Shown here: piece after piece, positions 26,319 to 41,278 of the stretch
Layout: every line of letters starts with the position of its first letter
Numbering within the stretch: position 1 is the first letter of the stretch
From: Eledone cirrhosa
Taxonomy: Eukaryota
Reading direction: 5' to 3'
NCBI GenBank assembly: GCA_964016885.1
Contig: OZ024741.1
Span: 78,740,001-78,804,000 of the forward strand
DNA length: 64,000 bases
Translations under genes and position numbers: made by a program
Notes under the pieces: model-generated
Database searches by the model: none
What the model was told of the DNA's origin: nothing
Seen by the model: the letters and a program-made list of their open reading frames with translations, nothing else

Positions 26319-28766
26319 GACTCCACCACCTTCTTGTAAACTGTTGCTATTATCTATCAATGTTTTCATTGTTCTCTCCCCACTTGTTTTCTTTCTGTAT
26401 TTCGCTATTGTACTGGCCCCCGTTACGACAGACCATCCTACCCCTACCGCCCCCACCGACACTATGCTCCAAGGATCACATTAACCAATAGAGTGCTTTT
26501 ACGAACATTGGAGTGCAATTTCAAGAAGATTTAGCTGTTATTTTTGGCAGATTTAGTAATCTTCCTGCCTCGTTGCTGCCATGTAGTCGGAATTGATCAA
26601 TGAGGGTCAAACTCTATACAACCACTCTTCCAGCTAGAAAAGACACATTGGGTAAAGTAATCCTCATAAAAATGAAGGTCATATCCGGAACGCCTTCGAT
26701 AATACGTTTGTTCTCCATCAAAGATGATCAGGAACTAAAGAACATCATACAAGTATTCACAAGTACATATAAATATACATCCTCATCTATGTACACACAC
26801 ATATATTAATTCATGTACACACGCATTCACGCACACATATGCACGCAGCGTGCTATCTTTATAAATGCGTCGAACATCATATGGGCAAAGTTTCAGGCAA
26901 TTCGAATCAGCGACTGATGAGTGGGTGGAGTCATCTAGACAGCTTGTTCCCTTGGGAAATAAAGATAAGATCGATACACCTTTATGTTATGTGTTTCTCA
27001 GGCTGCATTATTCAGAGTTCACCATATTTCATAAAATAGGACAAAACGGTGTAGTGATAGAAGTAAAAGAAAAACACAAGAGCAAAACGGAAGATGGTCA
27101 AAATTGATAACATTCAGGAGATGTGAGAGAAAGTCAATACATTTCTATGCCCTTCATAAGACGGGAGTAAGAGGAAGATCAAATGCAACAGAGCAAGAAA
27201 AGAAAACGAAAACAAGAAGAGAAATAAAAACACGCGTGTGATTATTTTAAAATCATGGCTTTATTTATACAACGCTTTTGTTCAGAAATTGCGATATAGA
27301 AGGGAGCGGAGACATCATTTCTGGAGAGAAAAAAGATGTGGGGTTCAACTAAATATCCATTTCCTTTCTCACAAAAGTCAATAGTGTCGTACTTGCTCAG
27401 AAATGAACTGAGTAAGTGAAGTATGGCTGGGAACAGAGCCAAGATTTCAGATCCTGTTCACCTACGAATCCTCGCACCTACGAATGCTCGGAGATACATT
27501 GAACACAGATACATATATGAATATTTGTGTAATCATATACGCATGCTTTGTTGAGCCAATTGTTTCAAAATCTGTTTTCTAACCAGTTTGTTATTGAACC
27601 TTCCGTGTTCTCTAATAGCATTGCCGCTTCGTATGGCAAAGAGTGTTTATTACAAATAATTTTGTAAATGAAGAAACGTGTTAGTCGTATATATTTGTAA
27701 GGAAGGGGTTATTGTACTAGTATATTTATTGTGTTATAAAATATATAAGCACAATAAATATAATGAAAATATTTGTATGCCCCTGTGATTGCACGTGCGT
27801 GTGTATTAATGGATGCGGACATGTGTACAAATGTATGCGTGTAAATATCAGTATGTGTATGAGTGCAAAATATGTGTACATGTACTCCACTATCCAATTA
27901 TCATACCATTATTTTATCTCGATAAAGACAATATATAATGGGGACAAAAAAGAACGGTTGTTTGTTTAGTCAGTAACCGGAAATCCTATATAACGAAGAC
28001 CTCCCTCGCCACTGCCTCCCCTATTTCGTTCTTACTATCCTTTTCACTCCCCTCTTTGAGCTTAGTCTTCTCTTACTCTCCTTATCGCACTATCTGCATG
28101 ACTAATATTTATTCTCGTTCATTACTTTTTTTCACTTTTTTCTTTTGCTATTAATATTTTTGTTACTTTCTTTCTCAATGTTATCACGTGTTCCGGTGGC
28201 GGGGAGATAGTGTTGAAGAATAAAATAAAAACAAAAACGAAAAAGCTTTTTACAGATTAAAGCAATTGAAAGAGAAGGGGTATAACAAAGCGGAATTAAA
28301 AACAGGAGTAAACAATGATATTAACAAATGATAAAGGAATTCTTTCAATTCTCCTGTCACTCTTTTTATGACTAAATCCTGAAGAGAAGGGCAATGCCCA
28401 TGACCTTTTTAAGGATCCCCGAGATTGTTTTGGGGGTGAGGAGTTATACGCAGAATGAAGTCTTAGCTCGAATGTTTGCAGCAGAGTGGATACTCCTAAA
28501 TATATCAATCGATATGTGATAATGGTGCTAGGGGAAAGGGGTGGCTAAGCCGGAAGTCTATCTAAGTATATTGCGGTTGTTTAGCCTCACGCCAGCCCCG
28601 ATTGAGCCGTTGTGCAATCAAAGACTATACAGCCATGACCAGCACGTTGTTTTGTAGATATAAGTGACCAAATTGTCCAATGTGATCTTCCTCTTTTTTA
28701 AGCTATGAGGGAGAAACGGCTGCTATTTCTAGCAGGGAAAGTCATTGCTTCGTCAATCTATGTCTG

Positions 28767-28816
<50 letters not shown>

Positions 28817-29085
28817 CGCAACGTGCGTGAGTGGGGGGGGGGTCGCAGCCATGGTCAATGATGGTTGTGGTTGTGGCGACGCCGGTGGCAGCGGTGGTTT
28901 GGATGATAATAAGAAACCGGAAGAACGAACGTAGAACTAGAATTGATTAAATTAAGTGTTACAGTGGCTGTTTTCTATAACTGTTGACTGGCTGGATGGC
29001 TGGTTCCCATGCATGTGAGCTGGCTGGCAGCCTGACTGACTGACTGTTAGCTTATGTTAACAAGCAGGTCGATTCGATTTTGTTT

Positions 29086-29095
29086 CCTTATATGG
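29086..29095. promoter_or_regulatory. CArG box (SRF-type), second copy
   Basis: CCTTATATGG in a block homologous to 25290-25351. Confidence 0.45.
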
Positions 29096-29341
29096 TAATG
29101 AAATGCGTTTATAGCTGGCGCAAATACAGTGTCTTTGAAGTAGTGTAATGTTTTATCGTTAAGTGGTGAATGCCTCTGATGTCTTGGTAGATTGGATGCC
29201 AGAATTACGAGTCGAAAGCTCGTTGGTTCACACTATGTTACTGGTATCGTGATGTGTTGCAGGCGAAAGACACATAACTTATGTCCTAAACAACCTCCTT
29301 CACCTATCCGCGAGCTCTGGTTTCTCCGAATTGGAAACAGC

Positions 29342-29413
<72 letters not shown>

Positions 29414-29827
29414 AGAGATCTAGCTGAGAAAACATAAATGTCCAACCTCTCTGGTAAAAATACCAAGATAAAATGACAAAGAGAGGAGCTTCAAGCAGAT
29501 GAAAACCAAGCACCCCCACCCCCACTGTCTTAAATAGTCAATGACATACATTGGCTGATGTAGTCCTAGATAGATGTTTCTAAAAGAACAGGATGGTTAT
29601 GTTTGGAATGATTCTAATCAACTATGCGATCTATCAAAATTGGGAAAACAATAACTATAACTCGCTTCCATTTAGATGAAAGCTATTGACCCGGCTTTAC
29701 TCCGTCACTCTGTAGACATATATAATCTGGTGCATTCTGCTGTCTCTTGTCTATTGCAAGCATTCTGGCCAGGTTTATGATCTAAATGACAATAGGATAT
29801 ATCGATGTTTCCGACAACAGAAATTTA

Positions 29828-29993
<166 letters not shown>

Positions 29994-31552
29994 GAAAAAT
30001 TTGTCTAGGAAAAAAGTTACAGGAAAATGTGACACATTTCATTTAAACGCCAGAAATAATACTTAAAGTAATTAAACATAAATTATAGGCAATACTGTAA
30101 TGCCATTATATGCTAGTGGAAAAAAATCACGTTCTATTCAATATCTGTAATAAAATATTTTGAAAAAAATCAGACATTGAAATTTTCCTGTCTTTTTCTC
30201 TGTGAATAGCTTCCTGCTTCTAAATGTAGATTTTCTCGTGTATTGATATTGTTTGTCACAAGATACATATGGAAAGGCTTCCTGCTGTCATGAACAAGAG
30301 GGGACCCAACTCCTAGATAACATTTCATGCGGCTATCCCATAAACTGGTGCATAATTTTGTACCTTCTACCTCCACCGAGCACATGATTTCGACTATTAG
30401 CACCTAGTAGAGCTATTTTACAACGGCTCGTAGTTGTTGTTTAGCAGTATCTCTACAGTCACTACGTGGTCAATTGGCCTGCAAGAAATTGCAGCCAATT
30501 CTCCTTCAGTGGGCCTAAAAAACAAGATGGCAACTGGCCGCAACAGCTTGAATGTGTTTGACAGCTGGCATACGACTAATTAACTACTAATACTATTACT
30601 ATGAATCAACGATAGTGCTTCTAGCTGGTCACCAAAGCTTTTAGATTTATCACCGCAATCTTCAAATCACAAATTACCGTTTAAAAAACAAGGAAAGCCA
30701 CATTGGATAATGTAGTTATAATATTCTATGCCTACAAAATAAATTTAAAAGAAAGAATGACGGAACTGAATGCCTTTAATCATTGTTTTTTTGGAATATC
30801 ACTCCATTATTTTGTTTGTTTTTTTTGCGTGTTTTTGTAAGAGGGTATATTTGAGAGAAAAAGAGAGAATGTATCTATGTATGCGTAGGCGTGTGTGTGT
30901 ATATATGCATGTGTGTGTGTGTGTGTCTGTGTGCGATTAGTTCCATCTGGGATCCATATAGTAAATGGCATGATACACACAATTGGGCTTTGGCTCAATT
31001 GTAATCACTTTACTCTTTCGCCTACATCTCAAACAAATCGTCTGAATTTAATTGAACTTCAATAATAATTTAGAAGAAAGTATGGGGAGATGGGATTGTA
31101 TTCCTAGTTTGAAAGAACAATAGCAGCAGTAACAACAACAATAAATTAAGATCAGATTAACAAAGATAATTAGTGAAGTATTAGCAGTGATTAGACATTG
31201 CCATAACAATAACGTAATTACCTAGTTAATCACTTGTTCAAGACACAGACATACTGACTACTAATGGCTGAGGTCAGTGTTATGTTATAAAGTTGATGAT
31301 GAAGAGGAGGGGGTGAAAAGAGGAGGAGGATGTTGGGGATTAACTGCTCATTGAATTCTATAGTGTGACTAAGTATTTCACAGGTACTTGTGCGTTTAAT
31401 GAAATTCTCACGCCAAACCAGCGAGACACTATGTGACATGACTGTGCTTTTTGAATTATTACAAGCACAACTCCGCCCGCTCCCTCTCCTCCTCCTCCTT
31501 CATCTCTACCTCTTTCTTTTTCCAAACTCATCTTATCACCTTCACTCTCACC

Positions 31553-31641
<89 letters not shown>

Positions 31642-31699
31642 CTCTCTCTCTCTCTCTCCTTCTTCTTCTTCTTCTCTCTCTCTATATGTATGCATGGCA

Positions 31700-32190
31700 T
31701 GGAATGTTGAATGATGGGGTTCATAATTTTGAGGGCAGACGCATAGAACACGAGAAGATCAAACGAGATATGTGTAAGCAATGCCCCAGTGTATCTCTCG
31801 AAACGATCGGTGTCTCCATTGAATTTGTGTGCCCTGAGTGTGAAAAGATTTACTTGAGAAAATCTGGTCTCAAGAGCCACAGTCGCAGCCATGTTCAGAA
31901 GGAACCAGTGAACTATGATCTCCACGGTATTGTGAAGGTTCACATGCAATCTGACTCAAGACCCGAGGCCAGGGAAATCCATAGTTATCGTCAATGCGCG
32001 AAGGAGTGCAAGTCTCTTGCAGGCTTGAAAAGTTATATCCGAGCGTCCCACATCTGAATCTGACAAGCGATTGCAATACTCTTAGCAGAGTTTGCAGCCA
32101 TCATGAATGTATGTATGTATGTATGTATGTATGTATGTATGTATGTATGTATGTATGTATGTATGTATGTATGTATGTATGTATGTATGC
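31700..32190 (+). mobile_element. RTE-BovB-like 3' end with C2H2-like zinc fingers and (ATGT)n tail; tail repeated at 32432-32490
   Basis: FVCPECEKIYLRKSGLKSHSRSH and CKSLAGLKSYIRASH, then gcagccatc(atgt)n. Confidence 0.7.
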
Positions 32191-32959
32191 ATGCATGCAT
32201 GTATGTATATATGTATGGAAACTCTGAAAAAAACCTGCGGCTTCGGAAGCATCCGATGATGTTAACCAGTTCTCCTTTTCGGGTAATGTTTTCGATGCTC
32301 AGAGAGTGGGATTGGTCGAGTGCAAAGGCTTTCCCCACTTAAAAGACCTTCAAAGCACAGGCATTGCTTGTTCATGATATGTTACAGGTTCGTGTGGCTG
32401 GCCGTAGCCTAAAAGTACACCATTTTCTGTAATCTGACAAGCGATTGCAATACTCTTAGCAGAGTTTGCAGCCATCATGTATGAAGGTATGTGTGAGTAT
32501 ATGTATAACTAAAATACCGAGACAGCGTGTTTTCAGATGAGTCCTATATCAATTTACGTTTAATTGACTTGCAAAAAGCTCCATTGTGTAAAAGACGCCT
32601 CTGATAGGTCGCAGAGATTTCTTTGCTATTATTGATGTTGTAGCGTTCAGTCAGACCACATGATCCAGCAAGATATGCGTTCCTTCCCATTTTTTACACG
32701 TTGGGAGATTAGAACAGTTAGTTATAATAGTTTGGACGAGGACCAAGCAAAGACTTTTTTGCGTTAATCAATTACATTAAACTCAGCAAATAAGTCATCT
32801 AAAATTTTTAATTTTGTGATTAAGTATTTTGGAATTTTGTATTTTTTTTTATTTGCTAGAATGAGTCATTTAGATAATTAATGCTTTCATCACTAAAATT
32901 GCAATATTAATTAGCACTTGAGGTACAAGCAGGTATGAAGAATCACAACACAGACAGTA

Positions 32960-33678
32960 AAGGCGTCCAAAGTTCAGACTTTGGGGTTAAGCTGGAATCC
33001 GACTTCAGATCCGTTAGCTGTCAAGAATGCATCTGGGGGTCTCCTCTCTTCAGAGAGGTGCATCCTCACGAGGAGGAGAAAATACTTTGTTGATCTCCTA
33101 AAACCAATCACAACAGCATCTTCTGATGTACATGAGGTGCATCTAGGAGCGATGACTAATCTCTCGGAGGCTGAGGTCACAAGAGCAATTAAAGAGCTCA
33201 GATGTGGCCACTGGAGAGGATGAAATTCGGTCTGATATGTTAAAAGCCTTAAATAGAGAAAGTATTATTTGGCTGGCTTGAGTGTGTCGGGTGACCTGGT
33301 ATCTGAAAAGGCACTTAAGCAGTGGTAATCAGGAGTGATAGTCCTTATTTTCAATAAGGGTAATGAGAGATTGCTTCAATTATAGAGGGGTCTCCTTGTT
33401 AAGCTTCCCTGGTAAAGTCTATGTTTAATGTCGGGCAAAGAGTTGTAGGGTGATTGTCGAGTCCAAGTTAGCTGATGAACAGTGTGGATTTCGCCCCGGA
33501 CGCAGCACAGCCGACCAAATATTCACAATCAGGACACACAGGAAGGAGTATTTGAGAACTTTGCCTCCACGACCCTCTCAGGAAGAAGAAGAAGAAGAAG
33601 AAGAAGAAGAAGAAGAAGAAGAAGAAGAAGAAGAAGAAGAAGAAGAAGAAGAAGAAGAAGAAGAAGAAGAAGAAGAAG

Positions 33679-33707
<29 letters not shown>
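32960..33707 (+). mobile_element. RTE LINE fragment (RT N-terminal part joined directly to the 3' end) with (GAA)n tail
   Basis: NYRGVSLLSFPGKVY, LADEQCGFRPGRSTADQIFTI, then an abrupt join to the ccacgaccctctca(gaa)n terminus. Confidence 0.85.
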
Positions 33708-33709
<2 letters not shown>

Positions 33710-33988
33710 CCTTGGCCTTACTATATCAAGGATGTTTATACCTATTTTACTATTAAGACAAAATTATTTTGCATCCTAACATTGTCTTTCATTAAATCTG
33801 TAGTCAATGCACGAGGTGACAACGGCAATAATTCTAGAATAGCTTCATCCAGCACTTTCTTATATCTCAGATATTTTAATAAACTTTTTGCATTTATAAA
33901 ACGAAAAGGATATCAGTCAATAATTACTTTTGATGGAAACATGTTCATGGAAAACGTTACAAATGTTGCAAGCAATTCTCCTTCTTTT

Positions 33989-34105
<117 letters not shown>

Positions 34106-34830
34106 TATACTCAGCAATTTTACTGTAAGGGCAAGCTTTACTGAATTTAGAGGGAGGAGGAGGGGAGGTAGAGTGGAGGAAGGGGTAGAGGGGGACGAAA
34201 GGGGTAGAGGGGGGGGGCGAATGGATAGAAGGGAGGGATGATAGAAGGGGAAGAGGGTAAGGAGGAGAGCGGGAGGAAATGTGAGGAAAGGTGAGGAAGA
34301 GAGGAGGAAGGGGAGTAAAGGGAGAGTGTGGAAGAGGGAGGAAGGGGAGGAAAGTTGAGGAAGCTGGAGGAGGTGCAATGAAGAAGAGGAGTGGACGAGG
34401 AAGGGGAGGAAGTAGAATATGGAAAGAGGAAAAGAAAGTGGAAACTCGTGAGTAAAAAAATTTAGAGAGATGATTCAATTATCAACGACACACATAAGGC
34501 GCTAATCTTACAAAATCCACTCACTCTTTCTATTCTTACAAAGAAAGAGTGAATTTGCTATGCTGACAATTTCAACTATTTCCAGATGAGGTATGCCCGA
34601 AATCGCACGCATAACACCTAATTCATATAAGCTAGATCGATTTATATATATATAATATTAAAGATACTATTTATAGTTATGTATATACTAAACTATAAAC
34701 AACTATAAACAGGGAAGGTGCGTAATTTATTACTACCTTATTACCAGTAAGAGAAATAGCTCAATGTAAGAACATCAGTTGTTTTACAGAGCAGTAATAT
34801 AGATTACACAAGTATCAAAGTTATGTTTAA

Positions 34831-34898
34831 AACATTTAATCGCTGACAATTGTTTCTTCCAAACTTAAGCTTGGTGTCCTCCGAACATTATTAATGTT
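34831..34898 (-). ncRNA. Hammerhead-like motif in the Penelope left arm (family G)
   Basis: Reverse complement of the motif at 39016-39083. Confidence 0.6.
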
Positions 34899-36095
34899 TG
34901 TACATATAATTAACCTCCTATTCAACTAAAGAATTATACAGATACATATATATTGATGTTGTTGACAACAGTTTCGTGTTTACAGGGTGGAATAGATGCG
35001 ACATATATTATACGAGAATTGTACAATAATTCAAATTAAGATTAAAATTAAAATTAAAAGCAAAGGGTGGAATACATGCGGCAGATAATACAAGAGAATA
35101 GTCTAATAATTAAATTAAAGAGATAGTACATGCGTTAGTCATATATAAAGGAATGGAACAAGCAAATATGTCATGCATATATGAGTACTGTATGTCAAGA
35201 TATTACATGAAATACAAGCACTATAAGCGAATTTGTTAGTGTATTATGGTGGGTGCAATGCAATGATATTTTCTGTATAGTTCAAATTTGTATGTGTGTA
35301 GAATATGAAAGTTACAGATTTCACATCCATTACATATGTTAAGTTATATCTGTATTGAATGTTTGTTATAGTAATGGATTGTAACTTGGTGTTATTTTAT
35401 CCATATTTATGGATTAGAGTTGTTCTAATGCGAGAATTTTGAACGGTTTAATATCCGGAAGTGGATATGGAATTAAGGGGAACTAATGCGTAAGGGGAGG
35501 TAACTAGCTCATTATAATAATTAAATTCCATACTCTAATAGACATTATATAGTGCCTCAATTGAATCCCTTATATAAAAAAAGTTATGTATTTATATTTA
35601 ATTTTAAATACAGTCTACTCTCTCATAATATATTAAAGGTTTCATTAGATTGTTGTCTACCCAATATTATATAGTGCCACAATTGCATCCCTTATACAAA
35701 ATGTTATATATTTATATTTAATTTTAAATACAGTCTACTCTCTTATAATATATTAAAGGTTTCATTAGATTGTTGTCTACCCAATATTTGGTAAGATATG
35801 GAATAACGTATAGCTGTTTGCATGATAAACTAGGTACATCTCTTGAGTAAATCAATTAATCCTTTATATACAATGTTATTAATTTATACATTTAATTATA
35901 AATGTATATATAATTCATTGTTACATTTAATATTTAAAGTTTATATATATTATATTATATTTCAATCACTATATAATTATAAGTAATCTAATGTAATTAT
36001 ATTAAAAGGTGGCGACTATAAGAATATTTCTAGAGTATAATGTTAGAGATAAAAATGGTTTGTGTAGAGGAAAGGGTGGATCAAAGAGTGTGAAG

Positions 36096-37664
36096 ATTTT
36101 GAAAATTTTATGTAATAGTTTCCTAGTTAAAAATTTTCAAAAATTTTTCAAAAACTTTAACTTAAGTATCACCATTGACAAAAACACTAAAAATGTTAAC
36201 TTCCTTGATACTAACCTTTACCTAGACTCTAGAATATATACACCCTATCATAAACCGAACGAAAAACTAATTTATGTAGATACCAAGTCTAACCACCCTA
36301 AATCTATATTAAACTCAATCACTAAAGGAATATCTAATAGAATCTCTAATCTATCTTATAACGAAACCATATTTAACAATAATTCACAACACTATAATCA
36401 GACATTAGCTAAATCAGGCCATAATAATTGTTTCTACTTTAGGCACAAGGCCAGCAATTACTGGTACTTTATTTTATCGACCCTGTAAGGATGAAAGGCA
36501 AAGTCAACCTCGGCGGGATTTGAACTCAGATCGTAAAGGGACGTAACTATGCTGGAAAGCATGACGTCCGACCCTCTACCGATACTGCCAATCCACCGCC
36601 CTACGGGCCATAATAATGGGATTGAATTCCTACCTATAAAATCACATAGTTACAACATTATTTTTCACAATATGGCCATGAGGAAAAATAATAATAAGAA
36701 TAATAGCCACCCTTGCTCTAATACGAAGGGTAGTATCAAACTTAACTCGCACCAAAGTAGACACCAAAATAATATTATAAACAGAAATACCTCAATAGAT
36801 ATTATAAAAAACAAAAATAGAAGAAGAACTAATACATGTTTTAATCCCCCTTTCAATCTAAACATCTCTACCAACTTACCTAAGGTTTTCTTCTCAATCT
36901 TAGAAAAAAACTTCCCATCTGGCCACAAATAACATAATCTTATAAATAAAAACACCATTAAAATCTCTTACTCTACCACACCTAACATAGTATACCATAT
37001 AGCTAATAGTAATAAAAGAAAGATTAATACCTATTTTCAACAAATTAAAACACAGCAGGAGGTAAACTTTCAGAACAACATAATAACTACAAACCCTAAT
37101 ATCAATAGTAATAATAGTAATAACACTAATGAAATCAATAACATTAGGAACGACAAGCATCATAGTCCTAATACTAACCCTAGCAACCAGACTTCTACAC
37201 AACATAATAACCGGCAAGATAACATCCAAAATAAATGCAATTGTAGATCAAATTGAACTTGCCCTTTAGGTAACAACTGCTTAATCAAAGACATCATTTA
37301 CTCCTGCACGATCAACACTAACGACTCTTCTAAAGCATATATAGGCTCTACTTCGAACTGCTTCAAGACGAGATACAACTCGCACCTCCACTCTTTCAAA
37401 AAACACAATCTAGCCAACTCCACTTCACTATCTAGCTACATATATTATCTGAAAACTAGGAATAGAACATATACACGTCAATGGGAAGTAGTAGGTAGGG
37501 CTGCATCGTATAAACCACCTAATAAATTTTGTAACCTCTGTCTCCTAGAGACCCATACTATAATCTTTTCGAATCTTAACCTCCTAAATAAAAAATCGGA
37601 GATGTTTGCATCGTGCCAGCACCGCTTCAGACACTCATTCCATAGCTTTAAACCTAGTATATAA
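36096..37664 (+). pseudogene. Penelope RT C-terminus + GIY-YIG endonuclease (Naiad-like Cys pattern), disrupted by a SINE and two stops
   Basis: VNFLDTNL, PYHKPNEKLIYVDTKSNHP, CFNPPF, TIKISYS, CNCR...CPLGNNCL, DIIY...YIGSTSNCFKTRYNSH, CNLCLLE, LLNKKSEMFASCQH; single frame with stops at 36930 and 37254. Confidence 0.9.
36429..36605 (-). mobile_element. SINE inserted into the Penelope ORF with a 12-bp TSD
   Basis: TSD ggccataataat at 36417-36428 and 36606-36617. Confidence 0.9.
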
Positions 37665-39015
37665 CAATGTCAGATCTGAACTCATCACCACCATTAGCAC
37701 TTCACCTCTAAGACTTGCCTTCCACCGCTGCATCACACTCTTTGATCCACCCTTTCCTCTACACAAACTATGTTTATCTCTAACATTATACTCTAGAAAT
37801 ATTCTTATAGTCACCACCTTTTAATATAATTACTTTAGATTACTTATAATTATATAGTGATTGAAATATAATATAATATATATAAACTTTAAATATTAAA
37901 TGTAACAATGAATTATATATACATTTATAATTAAATGTATAAATTAATAACATTCTATATAAAGGATTAATTTATTAATATAAGGAATTTATCTAACTTA
38001 AATGTAATATGGAACAATGAATTATATATATACATTTATAATTAAATGTATAAATTAATAACATTGTATATAAAGGATTAATTTATTTACACAAGGGATT
38101 ATCTAATTTATCATGCAATCATGCAAACAGCTATACGTTATTCCATATCTTACCAAATATTGGGTAGACAACAATCTAATGAAACCTTTAATATATTATG
38201 CGAGAGTAGACTGTATTTAAAATTAAATATAAATATATAACATTTTGTATAAGGGATTCAATTGTGGCACTATATAATATTGGGTAGACAACAATCTAAT
38301 GAAACCTTTAATATATTATGAGAGAATAGACTGTATTTAAAATTAAATATAAATACATAACTTTTTTTTATATAAGGGATTCAATTGAGGCAATATATAA
38401 TGTCTATTAGAGCAAGGAATTTAATTATTATAATGAGCTAGTTACTTCCCCTTAATTCCATATCCACTTCCGGATATTAAACCGTTGAAAATTCTCGTAG
38501 TAGAACAACTCTAATCCATAAATATGGATAAAATAACACCAAGTTACAATCCATTACTATAACAAACATTCAATACAGATATAACTTAACATATGTAATG
38601 GATGTGAACTATACAGAAAATATCATTGCATTGCACCCACCATAATACACTAACAAATTCGCTTATAGTGCTTGTATTTCATGTAATATCTTGACATACA
38701 GTACTCATATATGCATGACATATTTGCTTATTCCATTCCTTTATATATGACTAATGCATGTACTATCTCTTTAATTTAATTATTAGACTATTCTCTTGTA
38801 TCATCTGTCGCATGTATTCCACCCTTTGCTTTTAATTTTAATTTTAATTTTAATTTTAAATTTTAATTTTAATCTTAATTTGAATTATTGTACAATTCTC
38901 GTATAATATATGTCGCATCTATTCCACCCTGTAAACACGAAACTGTTGTCAACAACATCAATATATATGTATCTGTATGATTCTTTAGTTGAATAGGAGG
39001 TTAATTATATGTACA

Positions 39016-39083
39016 AACATTAATAATGTTCGGAGGACACCAAGCTTAAGTTTGGAAGAAACAATTGTCAGCGGTTAAATGTT
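39016..39083 (+). ncRNA. Hammerhead-like motif in the Penelope 3' arm (family G, U4G)
   Basis: tgtt-CGGAGGA-ca-ccaagc-ttaa-gtttgg-aa-GAAA-caatt-GTC-agcg; palindromic ACAATTGT stem III; same strand as the ORF. Confidence 0.65.
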
Positions 39084-39107
39084 TTAAACATAACTTTGAT
39101 ACTTGTG

Positions 39108-39833
<726 letters not shown>

Positions 39834-39851
39834 CACACACACACACACACA

Positions 39852-39955
<104 letters not shown>

Positions 39956-40176
39956 CATATACATGTGCATTATATATATGCATAATGAAGTGTGGAATAT
40001 TCCATGGAGACCTTTGCTTTAGTGCTTTTAAATTATTCATTGTTAATTCTTTGACTGATTAATTGATTCATGATATGTACTGGCACTACATTTCTCTCCA
40101 TAGAAACAATTGTCGAGATTAAAGATGGAATTTTTGTTTTGTATTAACACACACACACACATGAATATATATATGC

Positions 40177-40788
<612 letters not shown>

Positions 40789-40902
40789 TATACAGGGCGG
40801 TTGCCGGTCAAGCAGAAATTGCAATTTAGAATTGGTGCTCTGAAATACCGATATACACTATATATACATTCATATATATATATCGCTATTTCAGAGCGCC
40901 AA

Positions 40903-40936
<34 letters not shown>

Positions 40937-41045
40937 ACTATATTTCTTGAAAGATTTTTATATATTTCATATTGTAATTCATTTGTCCATATATTTTTTT
41001 TTGCTTTTTTTGATGAGACTTTCCAAGTATTTACCCATGTTTTAT

Positions 41046-41123
41046 ATTGCCTCGTCTGACGAACGAATGAAGACGTTTCTTTCGTATTCGCCTCATTCGG
41101 GAAACCTCTGGTAATGAGGTAAT
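41046..41123 (+). ncRNA. Type I hammerhead ribozyme, family F, intact core
   Basis: attgcctcgt-CTGACGA-a-cgaatga-[insert]-tcattcg-g-GAAA-cctctg-GTA-atgaggtaat; 10-bp stem I (2 GU), 7-bp stem II. Confidence 0.8.
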
Positions 41124-41148
41124 TATATTGTATTGATTTTTATACATT

Positions 41149-41278
<130 letters not shown>

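Noticed and set aside
26912-26960. CTGATGA followed by a hairpin
   Set aside because: No GAAA or stem III after the hairpin
31686-32057. C2H2 zinc-finger ORF as a host ZNF gene
   Set aside because: Followed by the RTE-BovB-type tail and (ATGT)n; second finger degenerate; better explained as a LINE C-terminus
34575-34620. cagatgag-gtatgcc-cgaaa hammerhead-like string
   Set aside because: Core mutated and no stem I can form in register
37254-37256. In-frame TGA in the Penelope ORF as possible selenocysteine
   Set aside because: Falls at a non-Cys position inside CNCRSN*TCPL, consistent with CGA>TGA decay; the ORF also has a TAA; no SECIS identified by eye
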